From Chiloscyllium plagiosum (lineage: Eukaryota), in the NCBI RefSeq assembly GCF_004010195.1, contig NC_057720.1, positions 32,680,199 through 32,700,198 on the forward strand: a DNA stretch of 20,000 nt, read 5' to 3'. The position numbers and the translations under genes were made by a program. The notes under the pieces are model-generated. The model had not been told where the DNA came from, did not search any database, and saw only the letters and a program-made list of their open reading frames with translations. Shown one piece after another: positions 19,187 to 20,000 of the stretch. The stretch's first letter is position 1. Each line of letters begins with the position of its first letter.

Positions 19187-20000
19187 CCAAGATGGAGGAT
19201 GGGAAAAATTTCTGGTTGTAACAGCTGCCCCTTTTTTTGAGGTAATTTAGGTATTGGAGGTGATTTCCTCGAATTCCAGGAGTAGCAATTACTGTTTATA
19301 TGCTGTTGCATTGTTTTGGAACTTTGGAAAAAAAAAGTCAAAACAACAGCAGTTTAAAAGGGAGCAGAGCAGACAAAGGAAGCACATGGTGAGGACAGTG
19401 CAGGAGACAGACACACACACACACACACACACACATACATCGGAGTGCATCTGGGAAAATTAACAAACAGTGAAATTCACAACTAATCTTGGAGGAACTG
19501 TTGGGCAAAGTTCACAGCACAGAATCAGATAAGTTAATTGTTGTTTTAAGTCTGTCCAAGAGAAAGGTGCAGTAGTGAGTATAGTGGATTCTTTCTTGAT
19601 TATATGTTTTTTGGAGATAAGTCTCTTGATTAAACTTAAAATATAAGCCATAGCTATTAATTTAACCTGGGGCAGTGTTTGTAGAGGAATAAGATGGTGT
19701 TATTTTCTGGGTCTGTAGATTGTGAAGGAGCAAAAATGGCCTTTGCAGTGATATGTACTTCTTGTCAGATGTGGGAGTTTAAAGAAAATTTAAGGGTTAC
19801 TGCGGATTATATCTGCCATAAATGCTGTTGGATGCGAATTTTATCAGATTGAGTGGATCGGTTGGAGAGATATATAGAAGCGATAAGGAATTTGCAACAG
19901 TATGTGATGGATGGTAGTTATAGGAAGGGGGGAAAGTCTCAGATACAGTTCACATAGATGGGTTAACTCCAGGAAGGGTGAGAGAGGTCGGCACCTAGGG
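19187..20000 (+). mobile_element. 5' end of a second CR1-type element: putative 5' UTR and ORF1 N-terminus (runs off the window)
   Basis: ATG at 19736: MAFAVICTSCQMWEFKENLRVTADYICHKCCWMRILSD*VDRLERYIEAIRNLQ (CxxC...CxxC zinc finger plus heptad coiled coil, typical of CR1 ORF1). Premature TGA at 19850-19852, likely from CGA. The 5' boundary is a guess. Confidence 0.7.
19411..19434. repeat. (AC)12 microsatellite
   Basis: Read directly from the sequence. Confidence 0.97.

Overview
Repeat-dense, AT-rich vertebrate genomic DNA with no supportable intact host gene. The repeat families (HE1/V-SINE, DeuSINE-like SINE, CR1/HER1-type LINE ends with (GACTCTAT)n tails) point to a cartilaginous fish, probably a shark. 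Family names come from my recall of consensus sequences, not from a database search. The window holds several 5'-truncated CR1 3' ends, two degenerate CR1 ORF1 regions (zinc-finger/coiled-coil plus SGNH esterase), four or five tRNA-derived SINEs, a PIF/Harbinger-type Myb/SANT remnant, older LINE relics and microsatellites. The most interesting signal is six short (about 85-210 bp) insertions from three sequence families, most likely Penelope-like element pLTR derivatives. Five of them carry degenerate minimal type-I hammerhead ribozyme motifs (CUGANGA-A-stem II-GAAA-NN-UH). Five have clear 10-16 bp target-site duplications (TSDs). Four share an asymmetric fold-back design with both RNA 3' ends pointing outward, which suggests two priming events at one staggered break. 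No ribozyme copy in the window has a fully intact catalytic core.
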